Origin: Sphyrna mokarran
Lineage: Eukaryota
Length of the DNA: 64,000 nucleotides
NCBI GenBank assembly: GCA_024679065.1
Contig: JAGIQG010000004.1
Location: 89,838,001 to 89,902,000 of the forward strand
Reading direction: 5' to 3'
Numbering within the stretch: position 1 is the stretch's first letter; every line of letters starts with the position of its first letter. The position numbers were made by a program, and so were the translations under genes. Positions 38,980-52,864 of this stretch are shown here, in pieces. Under the pieces are notes generated by a model. That model made no database searches. It saw only the letters and a list, made by a program, of their open reading frames with translations, and had not been told where the DNA came from.

Positions 38980-39760
38980 ATAAAGAGACATGTTGAAGCT
39001 TTTTTCAGCACACTTCACAAAAATACCATTGTAAGGGAGAACAACAATATATATTATACAAGAAGATAATGCTGATTGATGGCAAGTAACACTGATTGAT
39101 AGAGGTATTTTATGGAGAATGCACCAGTTAGTAGTGAATCAAAGTTAACAGTCAAGCGTAATTAGATTTACGAAGTGGCCTATAGGTTACCCTGAAAGGC
39201 AAGGTTTATTACAATTTGAGCAACAGATGAAACTAGCTGGTTCATGCTGCTACTATGCAATGTGACACAAATGATATTTGCCACAATCTTAGAGCCAAAA
39301 ATACATTCTACCCATCACACAAATAAGTAATGTAGTGCATGAATTTTCAAGCCACTGTGATGCTCAATGTGTTGGCCATATGTCCCAAAAATTGGCAGAT
39401 CGTATCAAACAACATGTCCCTTCCACTATTCCCAATAGGCAAAATACAAATTGTACCCAACCATCCCGAGTTTGTAAAATTCAAAACCAGTGTTCAACAC
39501 TTCATATAATTCTGTGGTTGAACAATGTTTGCTAAATACTCCTCAGTGTGCTATGAATCATACTAACAGCGAATTAAGATTGTCAATTGGGCTCACAGTG
39601 TTGCACCTTTGTGTTTACGTATATTAATATATAGGGGCCTTGTCCCTGCAGACAAAAGTAACATATACTCACTATGTTTCTGTTTCAGCTAAACAAAATA
39701 AGTGACAGCCATTTGCTGACTCAATTATCAGAGCAATACCTTGATCAATCATGGACAAAC
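38980..39760 (+). mobile_element. PLE remnant with decayed GIY-YIG endonuclease
   Basis: SNVVHEFSSHCDAQCVGHMSQKLADRIKQH resembles the VVYxFxCxCxxxYVGxTxxxLxxRIxQH pattern. Confidence 0.7.
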
Positions 39761-39774
39761 TGTTTATTCACCTT

Positions 39775-39805
<31 letters not shown>

Positions 39806-39807
39806 GG
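39775..39807. repeat. (TG)n followed by poly-G
   Basis: Read directly. Confidence 0.95.
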
Positions 39808-39989
39808 TACTTTTTGGCTTGGGACAAGCACAGCCAGAAAATCCCATCTTTTGTTAATCACTATTACACAATGATTGGATATGCAGATTGAATTTTTTGA
39901 TCTTTAACTAGGAGCAAGTCTAACAAAAAGGACAACACTTTCAGAATTTTCATTCCTCTTGCAGAGCTTAACAAAATTTTGATGGTATC

Positions 39990-42900
39990 AGGCAGGAATT
40001 TTCAAAAGTTAATTGGGGTAGTGTGTGGAAAGGCAAAGGGATGTCTGGTGAGTGGAAGGATTTCAGAGGAATGTGCTTATCTTGCACCCTGGATGTCACT
40101 TATTTTGTTAACCGGGGTTCAGGATAAGCACATTCCTCTTAGAGTGAAGAGCAAGGCTGGTAGAAGTAAGGAACCTTGGATAAACTGGGATATTGAGGCC
40201 CTGGTCAAGAAGAAGAAGGAGGCACATGGCATGATAGGCACCTGGGATCAAGTGAAACCCTTGAAAAATAAAGGGGGTGTAGGAATAGAAAGAAATCAGG
40301 AGGTTAAAAGGGGGACATGAGATTGTTTTGGCAGGTAAGGCAAAGGAGAATCCAAAGAGCTTCTATAAATATATAAAGGCTAAAAGAGTAACTAGGGAGA
40401 GAGTAGGGCTCTTAAAGATCATCAAGGTCATCTACGTGCAGATCCACAAGAGATGGGTGAGATTCTAAATGAATATTTCTCATGAGTACTCACTGTTGAG
40501 AAAAGCATGGATGTTAGAGAACTTGGGGAAATAAATAGTGATTTCTTGAGGAATGAAAGCGCATCAAAGTAGCTAAATCCCTGAGACCTGATGTAGCATA
40601 TCCTGTGATATTGTGAGAGGCTAGGGAGGAAATTGCAGGTCTCTTAGCAGAGATTGTATCATTGATAATCACAGGTGAGGTGCCTAAAGATTGGAGAGTG
40701 GCAAATGTTGTGTCTTTGCTTAAAAAGGACTGCAAGGAAAAGCCTGGTAACTATAGGCTGGTGAGCTTTACACCTGTAATGGGTAAGTTGTTGGAAGATA
40801 TTTTAAGTAGAAGAATCTACAGACATTTAGAGATGCAAAAACTGATTAGGGACAGTTAGCATGGCTTTGTGAGTGGAAAATCATGTCTTACAAATTTAAT
40901 TGAGTTTTTTGAAGGAATAACTAAAAAGGTAGATGAGGGCAGTACAGTTGATATTATCTACATGGACTTTAACAAGGTCTTTGACAAGATATCACATGGT
41001 AGGTTGTTGCTTAACGTTAAATCTCATGGGATCCAGGCTGAGGTAGCTAAATGGATACAAAATTGACTTGATGACAGAAGCCAGAGAGTAGTTAGAACAA
41101 AGAACAAAACAGCACGTGAAACAGGCTCTTCAGCCCTATGAGCCCGCGCCACTATATCAATGTTCCCACTTCTACCCGGGATCCCTGTCTATGTTTATAA
41201 AACTATGCATTCAAACCAAATTTGAGACAAACTAGGGAGATTTTATTCTGTCAATCAGCCTAAGAACACATCTTCGGGATGTGGGAGGAAACTGGAGCAC
41301 CCAGAGAAAACCAACGCAAGCATGGGGAGAATGTGCAAACTCCCACAGACACAGGCCGAAATCCATGTATCTGCACAGCACAGCGATAGTCACTGAGCTG
41401 TCATGTTACCCATCAAATGGTCCAGGTCATGCATACGTGAAGCACTAGGATACTCTTGAAAAATCCAAGAGCAGCCCCCTCACGACCCATCACATGTATG
41501 ACTCTTGTTAGACAACAAGGCGGACCGAAGTACCTGTAGGATAAAACAAATACATCAATATCATCGACAATTTACACACTTCCCAGGGAACTCCTAAGGC
41601 TCATGATCCCTATTTTAAATCAGTTTTCTATATCCCTCCATTCCCATTCTGTTTATGTGCCCATCTAAGTATCTCTTAAATAACTCCAGAGTGCCTGCCT
41701 CCACCATTTTATTTGGCAGCGTGTTCCATACCCCCACCACCCTCTGTGTGAAAAAACTCCCTCTAGCATCCAAATTATACCTTACCCCCCTCACCCTAAG
41801 CCCGTAACCCTTCGTGCTATTTGAGCCCATCCTAGGAAAAAAGCTTAACACTGTTTACTCTATCTATATCCCTCATAATCTTGTATACCTCTATTAGATC
41901 TCCTCTAAGTCTACATCTTTCTAAGGAAAACAGCCCCAATTTGCTTAACCTCTCCTCGTAACTCAGACCTTCCATAGCGGGCAGCATCCTGGTAAACCTC
42001 CTCTGCACTCTCTCCAGAGTCTCCACGTCCTTCCGGTAGTAAGGCGACCAGGACTGGATGCAATATTCCAAATGAGGTCTAACCAACGTTTTAAACAACT
42101 GCACCTTAAAGCCCAACTCTTGTACTCTATTGTAGAGGTTGTCTTTCAAACTGGAAGCCTGTGACCAGCGGTTGTCCTCAGGGATTGGTGCTGGTCCACT
42201 GTTACATATCATCTATATTAATGATATGGATGAAAATAAAGCAGGCATGGTTAATAATTTTGCAGATGTCATCTAGATTGGTGTCATAGTGGACAGTGAA
42301 GAAGGTTATCTCAGATTGCAATGGGATCTTGATCAATTAGACCAGTGGGCTGACGAATGGTAGATGGAGTTTAATTTAGATAAATGCAAGGTGATGCATT
42401 TTGGTAGATTGAATCAGGGCAGGACTTATTCTGTTAATGTTAGAGTGTTGGGGAGAGTTACAGAACAAAAGGATCTAGAAACCCTTCAGTGTAGAAAGAG
42501 GCCATCTGGCCCATCGAGTCTGCACTGACCACAATCCCACCCAAACCCTAGCCCCATATCCCTACACATTTACCTGCTAATCTCTCTCACCTACGCATCT
42601 CAGAACACTAAAGGGCAATTTTAGCATGGCCAATTTACCTAAACTGCACACCTTTGGACTGCATCTAAGAGTACAAGTTCTTTGGACTTGGGAAACATCT
42701 TTGGACTTGGAGCTATGTACAGATTCATAGCTCCTTCAAAGTGGAGTCACAGATGGACAGGGTGGTGAAGAAGGCATTCAACATGCTTGGTTTCATTGGT
42801 CAGAACACTGAATACAGGAGTTGGGGTGTCTTGTTAAAGTTGTATAAGGCATTGGTAGGGCTGCACTTAGAATACTGTGTTCAGTTCTGGCCACTCTATT

Positions 42901-43390
42901 ACAGAAAGAATATTATTATTATTAAACTGGAAAAAGTGTAGAAAAAATTTACGAGGATGCTGCCAGGACTTGGTGGTTTGAATTATAAGGAGAGGTTTGA
43001 TAGCCTGGGACTTTTTTCTCTGGCTTAGGGATGATTTTATAGAGGTCTATAAAATAATGAGGGGCATAGACCAGTCAATATTTTTTCCCAAAGTTCAGGG
43101 AGTCTAAAACCAGAAGGCAAAGGTTTAAGATGAGAGTGGAAAGATACAAAAGGGTCCAGAGGGGCAAATTTTTCATACAATGGATGGTTAGTGTCCAGAA
43201 CCAGCTGCCAGAGGTAGTTGTAGAGGCAGGCACAATTTTGTCTTTTAAAAAACATTTGGACAGTTATGAGTATAGAGAGATATCGGCCAAATGCGGGCAA
43301 TTGGGACTAGCTTACGGGTTTAAAAATAAAGGGCGGCATGGACAAATTGGGCTGAAGAGCCTGTCTCCGTACTGTAAATCTCTATGATCC
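39990..43390 (+). mobile_element. CR1 LINE ORF2 with nested insertions (41093-42127 and SINE 42476-42662)
   Basis: EVPKDWRVANVV, SCLTNLIEFF, YMDFNKVFD, LEYCVQFW. Confidence 0.9.
41093..42127 (-). mobile_element. CR1 ORF2 end, ~200-bp UTR and SINE-like terminus (possible chimeric element)
   Basis: ORFs 41832-42110 and 41615-41851, followed by the type C SINE body and tail, all at one insertion point. Confidence 0.7.
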
Positions 43391-44182
43391 TGTAAATTGG
43401 GAAGGAAATGTCTGAGGGACCCATTGATCGTTGTTCTTAATTTTTTGAATATATGTTTCCAGTGTACAATGTTCTATATTACGCATACAACTTAAATAAG
43501 GGCTATAAAAGAATGTGAACAATGTCAAACCAACTCCATATTGTGATAGGCACAGAACATAAAACTACTGATAATGTGGCACTAACATTTAAACCTCATT
43601 CAATGAGACAAGAAGAAATTGTGGTTTGGAGAACACAAGACATCACTAGTTGTCCTTAGAGATTTTAATTAAGGCGTAGGGCCAAAGAAAAGGGAATTGT
43701 ATTCTACATCTGGACCATGCAAAATATGAACTGGCAGAGCTAGATCAGCACAAAAAGAAATTTTTTTTTGCATTTGCTCATTTCCTGACATGCATTGAGA
43801 AGCTAATTCATGTGTATTCAACCATAAGTTAAGGGCCCAATAAAATTGATTCTTCTTTGATGAACACATGGAGAATTTTCTGTTTGAATCAGTTTAACTA
43901 CAGATTAGAAATTAGAGAGGTTATCAAGCTGCAATATTTCATTCAGCCAATTTATTCATCCATACAGTAACTGAACCCTTGACTATAAAACAATAGAATT
44001 TTAGAAATTTACAGTACAGAAGGAAATCATTTGGCCCATTATGGCTACACTAAGTAGCCATCCAGCTTCATCCTACTTTCAAACTCAGAGCCTATAAACA
44101 TTGCAAGATGCAGCACCACAAACCTATAGCCTTGTACTTCTTGAACGTATTTCAGGAAGTGAGTTCCAGACCTCCACTCAGT

Positions 44183-44476
44183 TTAAGTTCAAGTTTATTT
44201 ATTAAGGTCACAAGTAGCCTTACATTAACTCTGCAATGAAGTTACTGTGAAAATTCCCTCGTCGCCACACTTAGGTGCCTGGTTGGTTACACTGAGAGAG
44301 GATCTAACATGGCCAATGCAGCTGACTCGCATGTCTTTCAGACTGTGGGAACAAACTGGAGCACCCAGAGGAAACCTGTGCAGACACAGGAAGAGTATGC
44401 AGACTCCACACAGAACATGACCCAAGCTGGGAATCGAACTCAAGTCCCAATGTTGTGAGGCAGCAGTGCTAACCTC
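44183..44476 (-). mobile_element. Type B SINE
   Basis: Family motifs. Confidence 0.87.
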
Positions 44477-44690
44477 CTATGTCTTACCCTAAATGAAATA
44501 CCCCTTCACTATGGACCCACAATCACAAAAGTCATCCTTCTTAGCCACTTGTAGGCCCCTCATAATTCATACATTTCGGGAAACATTGGAGGATTGAGAA
44601 TCCATGCCCATTTTTTATTACAGTAGTTACTATATTCTGGCAAGTAAAGAGTTTAACCATCCCAAATATTCTTAATAAAGCTACCGAGAG

Positions 44691-44828
44691 AAGGTAAGTT
44701 GGTGAGCGTGTAGGATGGCTAAGGTAAATGGATAAGCATGTGTGATGGCTAAGACAAGTGGGTAAGCAGCTATGATGGCTGAGGTAAGTGGATAAGTAGG
44801 GATGAAGACTAAGGTAAGTGGGTAAGGG
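44691..44828. repeat. Degenerate 30-bp minisatellite, ~4.5 copies
   Basis: Unit approximately AAGGTAAGTGGRTAAGCNNNTRTGATGGCT. Confidence 0.9.
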
Positions 44829-47189
44829 GAAAGAATGCCTACCATCATTTCTACTTTGTTATTAGGTACAGACACACATAGACAATGGGGATGAGTGAAT
44901 ACGCCTATAAAATTAAGGGGAACAGCAGATAGAATTTTACAATAGCCAGAAATGTTTTGGACAACACAGCAGCTATTAAAGAGATTCATATATAAAAATG
45001 AATGTATTATTTCAGCAAATGTATGCCAAATCTCATTGTTTTCAAACAGACTTTGTACAGTAATTTCTTTAGCAATTATTTTGTGACGATAGTAGAAGTA
45101 ATAATTTAAAATCGCATTTTACTTTCATGGTGTTTGGCATAGGCACAGAGCTGAATTTGCACTTTAATTCTCCCAATTTCTGTGTCTCTTTAGATGATCT
45201 TCAATTCATTACACCCCGTGGGAAAGAGTGCCTAAATAAGAAGGAACATGGTTCCAAAAGTGATTGAATAAGTGGTTCTTTAAGCATTGATCATATTTCA
45301 GATTTGAAGTAAATAACTCCTGTTGCATTGCATTGAATATTGACTAATAATTGTTTATGATGTAATGTATAAGTGATTATTTCATATTACCCACTACATT
45401 TCCGGATTTTTTTCAGTAACAGATTAACGTTTCCCTAGGCTATTGCCAGAAACTTTAGAATACTGAATGTTTCTCAGATCTTATTTTTCTTGAATGGAAT
45501 TTACATTTCACTAAATTATATGGAGATCATTTTATGAGATTGCACTGCCAGCATCCAAGCTCTTATGAAATGATTCCATTTCTTTATCTCTTCCTTCTAC
45601 AAGCAATAGCGTAATGGATCTGTCAGTAAAGTTAATTGAGAATATATCTGATGAATGAATGAGCCATGTAGAGTATTACAATCCAGACCTTACTCCAAAT
45701 ATTGTTCCGATCTAGTGAAGGAGCAGTAACCTTTCATTTAAAATAAACAAAACGTGAAATTTAAGTTTCTTCTTAAGAGAATAAAGTCACAAGATGCCTC
45801 TGTTTCAAACAAAAAGAAGAAATTTTATTATACAAAAGTCAACACATAAAACAGTCAGTAGTATCTATCTTATGTTCCAGCATACAGGTATAACAGGAGG
45901 TAAATATGAATTAAGGGGAAAATAGTAGTCAAACACACCACAAACTCCACATTAAGTGACAGTCCCAGCTGAGACAGGTCTTCTGATTTCTCATCAATCC
46001 TCCCAGATAACAGTCAGCATTGTGAGTCACAAAAAGTCTTTTAGGCTGGAATTTTCTCGCTGTGGAATCTTGTCGACCGAGCACTCCCACCATGCGTTTC
46101 CTAGTGATGTGGGTTACATTCAATGGGAAATCTAATTGAAATCAGTGGGACCAGATGATCCAGCTACTGGTGAATGGTGCGCAAGATAAACACTGCAGAG
46201 GCTAGAGAATCCCCCCTAAATCTCTGTCCTCCTTATGAGAGATGTTAGCTCCTTTATTTTGAGAACTTATTCTCTGATTTCGCTCAACTGCAGCTCCAAT
46301 TCAGACAGCCCAATGACTGTAAAAATTCTACGATTCTGTTCTATGAATATTGATACCCTCATGTTCCTGGACTGATTCTAGTTTGTGCTGAATTATCTGT
46401 GGGACTGACAGGAAAGGCACTACAGTTGTCTTTAGTTTCCATCGGTAAAGACAGAAAAATAAGTTAGGAATCTACCAGACGTGAATGTGTGATAGTGTTC
46501 ATGTTGCTGTTCAAGCTTTACAAATACTGTTCATGTCCCTTTCGACTTTTATGGAGGGCTATCAAGTTGAAAATCTCTGTTACCGAGGGCTAATAATTGC
46601 TGATATGCTGTTTTTATGTTTTACTTAGATATTTCTTTCATGTTCAATGTCAAAGTTCCCTCTCAGTTGCAAGCTCTTGTTTGCCAAGAATTGAGGTCTG
46701 ACATTACACTCTCTGACATTGCAGCAGTGACTAGAAGCATGAGTTGACCTTTATTGCTAATATTTCATTTTGTGTTAATCACACGCTACTTTTCTAGTCT
46801 TTGAAATACAGCACTAATTAGACAATAAATCAGATTCCAATAACCTGTGCAGCTTTATTTTATTTCCTTGATATTGACAAAAAATTCTCTATTAATGTTT
46901 GACCTGTAAATCAGTGTCCAGGACATAACTTACAGCTGCACTTTTATCTAGCCCACATAGTTACAAGTTCCTATCATTTTAGCCTCAGAGGTAGGACCAG
47001 TTTGAGAGCAAACGCTTTGAGTGTATTTTGAAATTCAGAAGTTTGCCAATGAAACAGATATTGGAGATATTGCAGGGAGATTGTAAAGCACATAAAGAAG
47101 ACAATTACAAATTAATTAATGAAAAGACAAATTTTACATGCAAAAGCAAAATACTGTAGATGCTGAAAATCCATAATTTAACATAAAGA

Positions 47190-48960
47190 GGGGTGATATG
47201 CTGGCCGCCATTTCACTTGACGCAAATCCTGCTAACCAGCAAGGGCATGGACCTGATTGCCATTCAATTAAATACTACTCTGGAGGCTTGAAGGCCATTG
47301 CTGCCCCTGAGTGGTTGGGGATATGGCTGGTATCCTGAAAGTGCCAATTTGGCATTACTAGTTCGCAATCGCCAGTTTGATAAGCCAAGAGGAGAGGGGC
47401 CGAAAAGGGTAGAGCCTGAAAGGGGGATCCCTTGGGAGGGACTCAATGCCAACAAATATTGAAGGGGAGGGGGTTATGCCGGCAAACATTGTGGAGACCT
47501 CAACATGCGTTTGTTCTCCATGTTTCTTTCTTTCTTACTACATTAACTTGCTCTTTAAAATGTATTCTTTGTTAAAGCTTTCTATCATTTGTTCCAATAT
47601 CCCATTTTGTGACCCATTAATAAATTTTGTATGACAGTTGTCCTTTAAAATACCTCAGAATGTTTTACGCCATTAAAGGTACTATATAAATCCTATTTTT
47701 TTGTTGTTGTTGAAACATAAGCTACTGGGACTTTTTCTAGGACTGGAGCAGTGAAAGTAAATTTGTCAAGTGCGGAGAATCAACTAGAATGAGAACCTTT
47801 TTCCTCTCACCTACCTCACCTTACAAAAAAACTTGAAAAATGAAATCAAAATCACTTTTCTTACATTCTTCTTAATTAATCTAAAAAATCATTATGGCTG
47901 CAATAATACCTGAAAATGAACTTTTGGTTAAAAGCATTTCAGTGGCTAACTATCACTCATCACATCCACAGAATGTTAATGAAAACTTCTGAAAAACAGC
48001 TTCAACAAATCGGAAACAGCTGAAGTTAACTGTGGTATGTACGTTCATTGTCTAATAATGCAATTATCTAGGGTCAGGTTTGAAGGATGAATCTCATTCA
48101 CTTCCATTTGTTGGTCTGGTAGTACAGTGGTTAGCACTGCTGCCGCAGATCACCAGGGATCTGGGTTTGATTCCTGGCTTGGATCACTGTCTCTGAAGTT
48201 TGCATGCTCTCCCTGTGTCTGTGGGGTTTTCTCTGGTTTCCTTCCACATTCTGAAAGACATGCTGGTTAAGTGCATTGACCCAAACAGACTAGAGGAATT
48301 TCACAGTAACTTCACTGCAGTGTTGATGTAAACCTTACTTGTGATTAATAAATAAACTTCAACTTTTGTTTGGTTTTCTCTGAATGATGTTTACATTTCA
48401 TTTTCAGAGCTACTCAATTTTAGAATTTGGGCTGATAGGACAAGGGCTGTCAGAACTTACCTGAGCTTGGACAAGAACAATGCTAGAGCTTTTTCTACTA
48501 CTTTGAACTCTTCACATGGCAATTGTTCCTTATTGGCAACTGGTTTTAACTAATATCGAAGGTTTTATATTGATATACTTTTTGTCTAGAAATATCATGT
48601 TATAAAGAACAATCACCATCTTTAACTTTAATTCTCTTTATCCATTCATTTTATTTGCCAGCACTGGGACTGTCCCAATGGGTTGCCCTTCAGGCCCTGC
48701 TCCTTTCAGGCACCGCCTTTCTCATGCCCGTGTCTCTTTGGCAGTGTCAACCTAGCAATGCCAATCTAGGGGTGCTGAGTTGGCACTGCCATGTTGGCAA
48801 TTACCAGGACACTACCCTACCATGTTCCCAACCACCTGGGGGTAGCAATGGCCTTCAAACCTCTGGAATAGTATTTAAATAAATGGTAATCAGGTTGACA
48901 CCCTCGCTGGTCATGTCTGCTAAGAGAGCCTGGGAACATCGCAAACTGTTTCACATCTGC
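47190..48960. repeat. Inverted pair of GC-rich repeat fragments (47235-47455 and 48655-48910)
   Basis: Opposite-strand ORFs ending GSNGLQASRVVFN and GSNGLQTSGIVFK. Confidence 0.8.
48117..48360 (+). mobile_element. Type B SINE
   Basis: Family motifs. Confidence 0.87.
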
Positions 48961-50209
48961 CACAAATTTCAAGACTCTACTGGAATTTTCCTAACATAGC
49001 GGTATTTGTGCCAGATACAACTACTGTACTAGAGACTGCTTCTAGCTCTAAACAAATTGAATCTTCTGTGTTTTCATTTATTTTGCTGTTTGGATACAAA
49101 ATGTCTCTTTTTTTACACTTTGCAAATGAGAATATTTTTTGTCTGTTAAAGACAGAAATGATCCTTCTTGCTTTAGTGAAATGACTGAAAGCCTGTAAAG
49201 TATAAAGAACTTTCCTCCTATTCACAGATTTCACTGGCCACACAATTCACCGTGAACTGTGACGTGCACCATTCCGCACAAAGAAACTGCCACCTGACAA
49301 AGAGGGCTGGATAAATGTATCATTTTGAAAAGATGAACTGATAAACTGAAGATGGCTTGCAGAGCATTGGCATAAACATAGAAAATGCCCCCCTTTCATA
49401 CTGAAAGGCTACACAGATGCCACTCTGTGAGAATCTAATCAGAGCATACACGCTGAGTGTGTGACAGACTCGTCCATAATCCAAGAAAACACAGCTCAGT
49501 TTCATTCATTACAAACTGCTTTCTTCTCCCAAGCTAACCACAATGCCCCTCGAGCAATTGCAATCAGTAAACTAAGATGCATGGATATTCATCTAGGAGT
49601 AAATTTCTCATCCGTTAAGAGCTACTATTGTCATTTAATTCATAAAAATTAGAAAAGTCTTTGCATTTTAAGTAGCTTTGAGTTCTGATGCTTAGGATTA
49701 CAGCAAGATAGCTTCAATGGGTCTTTACTATCTGCAACTCGAGGTTTCAGCTGCTGAATTATGTATCTCGTGTGTTCATTTGTACAGAACAGATGAATTA
49801 AATCTCTTCACTATTTTTTCTTCTCAATGAAAGGTAATTAAAATTTTAGTCAAAACCCTTCAGGGAACATATTTCTCCATTATAATGAAAACTATAACGA
49901 GGTTTGAATATTTGACTTCAATCAGAGCATTACATTACAGAAGAGAAGCTGGTTGAATGAAAATGCGGCTGAATTCAATGTTGGAAGGGGGCACTTGGCT
50001 CTGATTTTCTGCAGCACCATAATATTACTGTCATAGTAACTGGAAGAGATGGAAATCAGAAATTATAGATATTCAGCCTGTTAGGTAGCAGGCCATTCAG
50101 GATTCAAACGGTCCAATATAATTCTATGCACTGTAATCGTCTAATAGGTATTTACCCAGGATATTACATTTTCTTGAACATTACTAAGATTATTAACTGA
50201 ATACATGAA

Positions 50210-50530
50210 ACACAGAATTTCTACAGTGCAGAAAAAGGCCATTTGGCCCATCGTGTCTGCACCAACCGTAATCCCACCAACATCCTATTCCTGTAACCAC
50301 ACATATTTAACCTGCTAATCCACAAACACTAGGGCCAATTTAGCTTGGTCAATCAGCCTAACCCGTTCATCTTTGGATTGTGGAAGGAAACTGGAGCACC
50401 GGGAAGAAACCCATACAGACATGGGGAGAATGTGCAAACTCCACACAGACAGTGACCCAAGCCGGGCATTGAATCCAGGTCCCTGGCATTGTGAGGCAGC
50501 AGTGCTAAGCACTGTGCCACCATGCTGCCC
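50210..50530 (-). mobile_element. HE1-like SINE, full length
   Basis: Family motifs. Confidence 0.92.
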
Positions 50531-50651
50531 CTGCTGCACCATCGTGCCACAAAGCGAGTGTCACTCACTTTGGTAACAATGATCGCTGGTCACAATCATG
50601 TGACAGGAGCAATGGATAGCTGCAAGTAACTGAGTAGCTCCAAGTCACTAA

Positions 50652-52810
50652 GGGTGATTTTGAGCCCGCACTCTCTATCTGCTGGAATGGCGGAGGGATC
50701 AAAATCCAGAAAGTGCAACTTGCACCGGCGAGTTTCTGAGTTCCAGGCCAAAACCTTAGCACTGTTCACACCTGCAGGATTTTCCCATCCCACCGCCGAG
50801 GATGGAGAGTTGGTTGGCTGCCAAATTCCCTGATCTCGCTGCAACAGGAACGTGGCTTTCACCGGTGAAGTGGTCTGAAAAACACTCTGGGACGTCAGGA
50901 ATTTTATTTTAAAACATTAACAAGCTCTCTCTCTGGACCTTGAGCCCACACAGAAATTTCAGCAGGCATAATGTAACATCATGCTGGTGCCATTTACAAT
51001 ACTTCTGTATCAGCATGAACCTGATGCCTTCACCTTCAAGGGAGATTTCAGAGGTAACACTGATGCATTCTGCAGTGAGCATTGCTCAGGGGGGCACTAG
51101 AGAGGACTCAGGAGACACAAACAAGTTCAACTCGGAGCCAGGATGGCAGTCACAGAATCACCATTTCCACGAGGGGTGTTGGGATGGGCTATTTGCAAGG
51201 CTTTTCTACTTTTCATGTGGGTGCCCCTTGCTTTAAAGGGGTTGTGAAGGCTGTACGAAGACAGCGTTTCCTGTGTCCATAGTACAGCTGAGGGAGCTTC
51301 CTCTCTTAGGGAAGGCTGGCAAGACGGTGAGAGGAACATAGCACTGCCATTCTCACATTCCACAGGGTCAGGGTGCCAAGTCATCATACTGGTCCCCCAA
51401 GCTTGTTGGCACAAACAGATAGGGTGAAGGCTCCGTGGGTGAACAAAGTGAAATTTAATAACATATAATCAGAACAGAATGGAGACCTTAGTGCAACAAT
51501 GCAACTATTCACCTATATTCACCTAATTTTTTTTTGTTTTTAATTCCAATTCAATCAAATCAAGTCCACTTCAATGTCTCAACAAGTTGAGACATTCCCG
51601 ATCCAAGCCGACACATCAGGACTCTCACCTCCTGTCTTGGGCTTGATCTACATGATTCAAGCTGATTGGAGTAGGTATAGCTCCTCCTCCAAGGCTTGAT
51701 CTCATTTGCATCTTAGTCAGAATGCCAAAAATTGCTTCAAAAGAAGCTAAAATGTAACCTAATGACTTCAAACAAACACAATATGTCAATACTACACTTG
51801 ATCTTAGCCAAAAATTCAGCTAATGCATGGCTAGAGTCTGGTGGTTCCAGGGGTCTTGAAAATAGTCCAGCATGTTCCAGTGGTCAACCTGGAAGAGAAG
51901 ACACATAGCACAATGGATACGGACATTGATTACTCACTTGGGACTTGAGAAATGACAGCATTTGAGTGGCAGATTCGCACTTTTCTTTGCTGCCCTCGCT
52001 TCACCAGTAGCACAGACACACTCTTCCCCCTCCAAGGCTAGCTTGAGGGCTCGCTCTTTAAAATGTATGAGGGTTCGCAACTTGGGAATGATTCCAGCCG
52101 GCTGTACCTGCTGATGTCTAATGTGCTCCAATTTGTCCTGCACTGACACAGAGAAAAAGAGTGTAGGTGGACACGTTGACATTTAAAATGATGATGTGGT
52201 GTGGCAGACATGAGGATTGGATGGGAGCTGGAATGTGCTGACCACCGCAGCTATTGGAGAAAATGGTGTTTGTGGGAGAGAGGGGGAACCTGGTGACTGC
52301 TATTGGCAAAGATCAAGGTGGCTGAATGAAAGAAAGAGTTGGGGATGTGAGAAGTGTGCGAGGGCATCCACTGGGAGACTGGAGGTGTTTCACTTCTCCT
52401 GGCTTCCTCTGATATTGCTGCACCATCTTCTTCTGCAGTTCACTTGTACTCACCAAGGTTGCCACTGCATTGCAGGGGTAGGTGATCACCCTGCTGGACG
52501 GCCATCTCCTGCCGTGTGGATACAGTGTTTCCCATCTCTGCGCCATTCCATCAAACAGTCTGGTGTGAGGGCTCCTCTTCATAAAGTTGGCTTCTTGCCT
52601 GCCATCTCCTGTAGTCACTGTGAAAACGTGCTGGGAGCTGTTTACATGAAGCTCCGTGGTGCTTGCAATAGTTAAGTCATTTCACAGCAGGCAAATCAGA
52701 GGGAACACACCACTGGAGCAGAGTGAAACTCATGGGAATTGAAATGAATACTAATGAGCCATAAGATTCTGCCCGAAAACACACCAGCATCTTAGGTGCA
52801 AAACTTTCTG
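50652..52810 (-). mobile_element. Decayed PIF/Harbinger element with Myb/SANT-like ORF remnant (52313-52618)
   Basis: RQEANF...RLFDGMAQRWETLYP...AVATLVS...QQYQRK follows the Myb/SANT-like (MSANTD/NAIF1-type) spacing, GC-rich body. Confidence 0.6.
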
Positions 52811-52864
52811 TTTCAATTGCACTGAGGATGGGAGTCGAAAGTTTTTTGCAGCCATTTTACTCAC

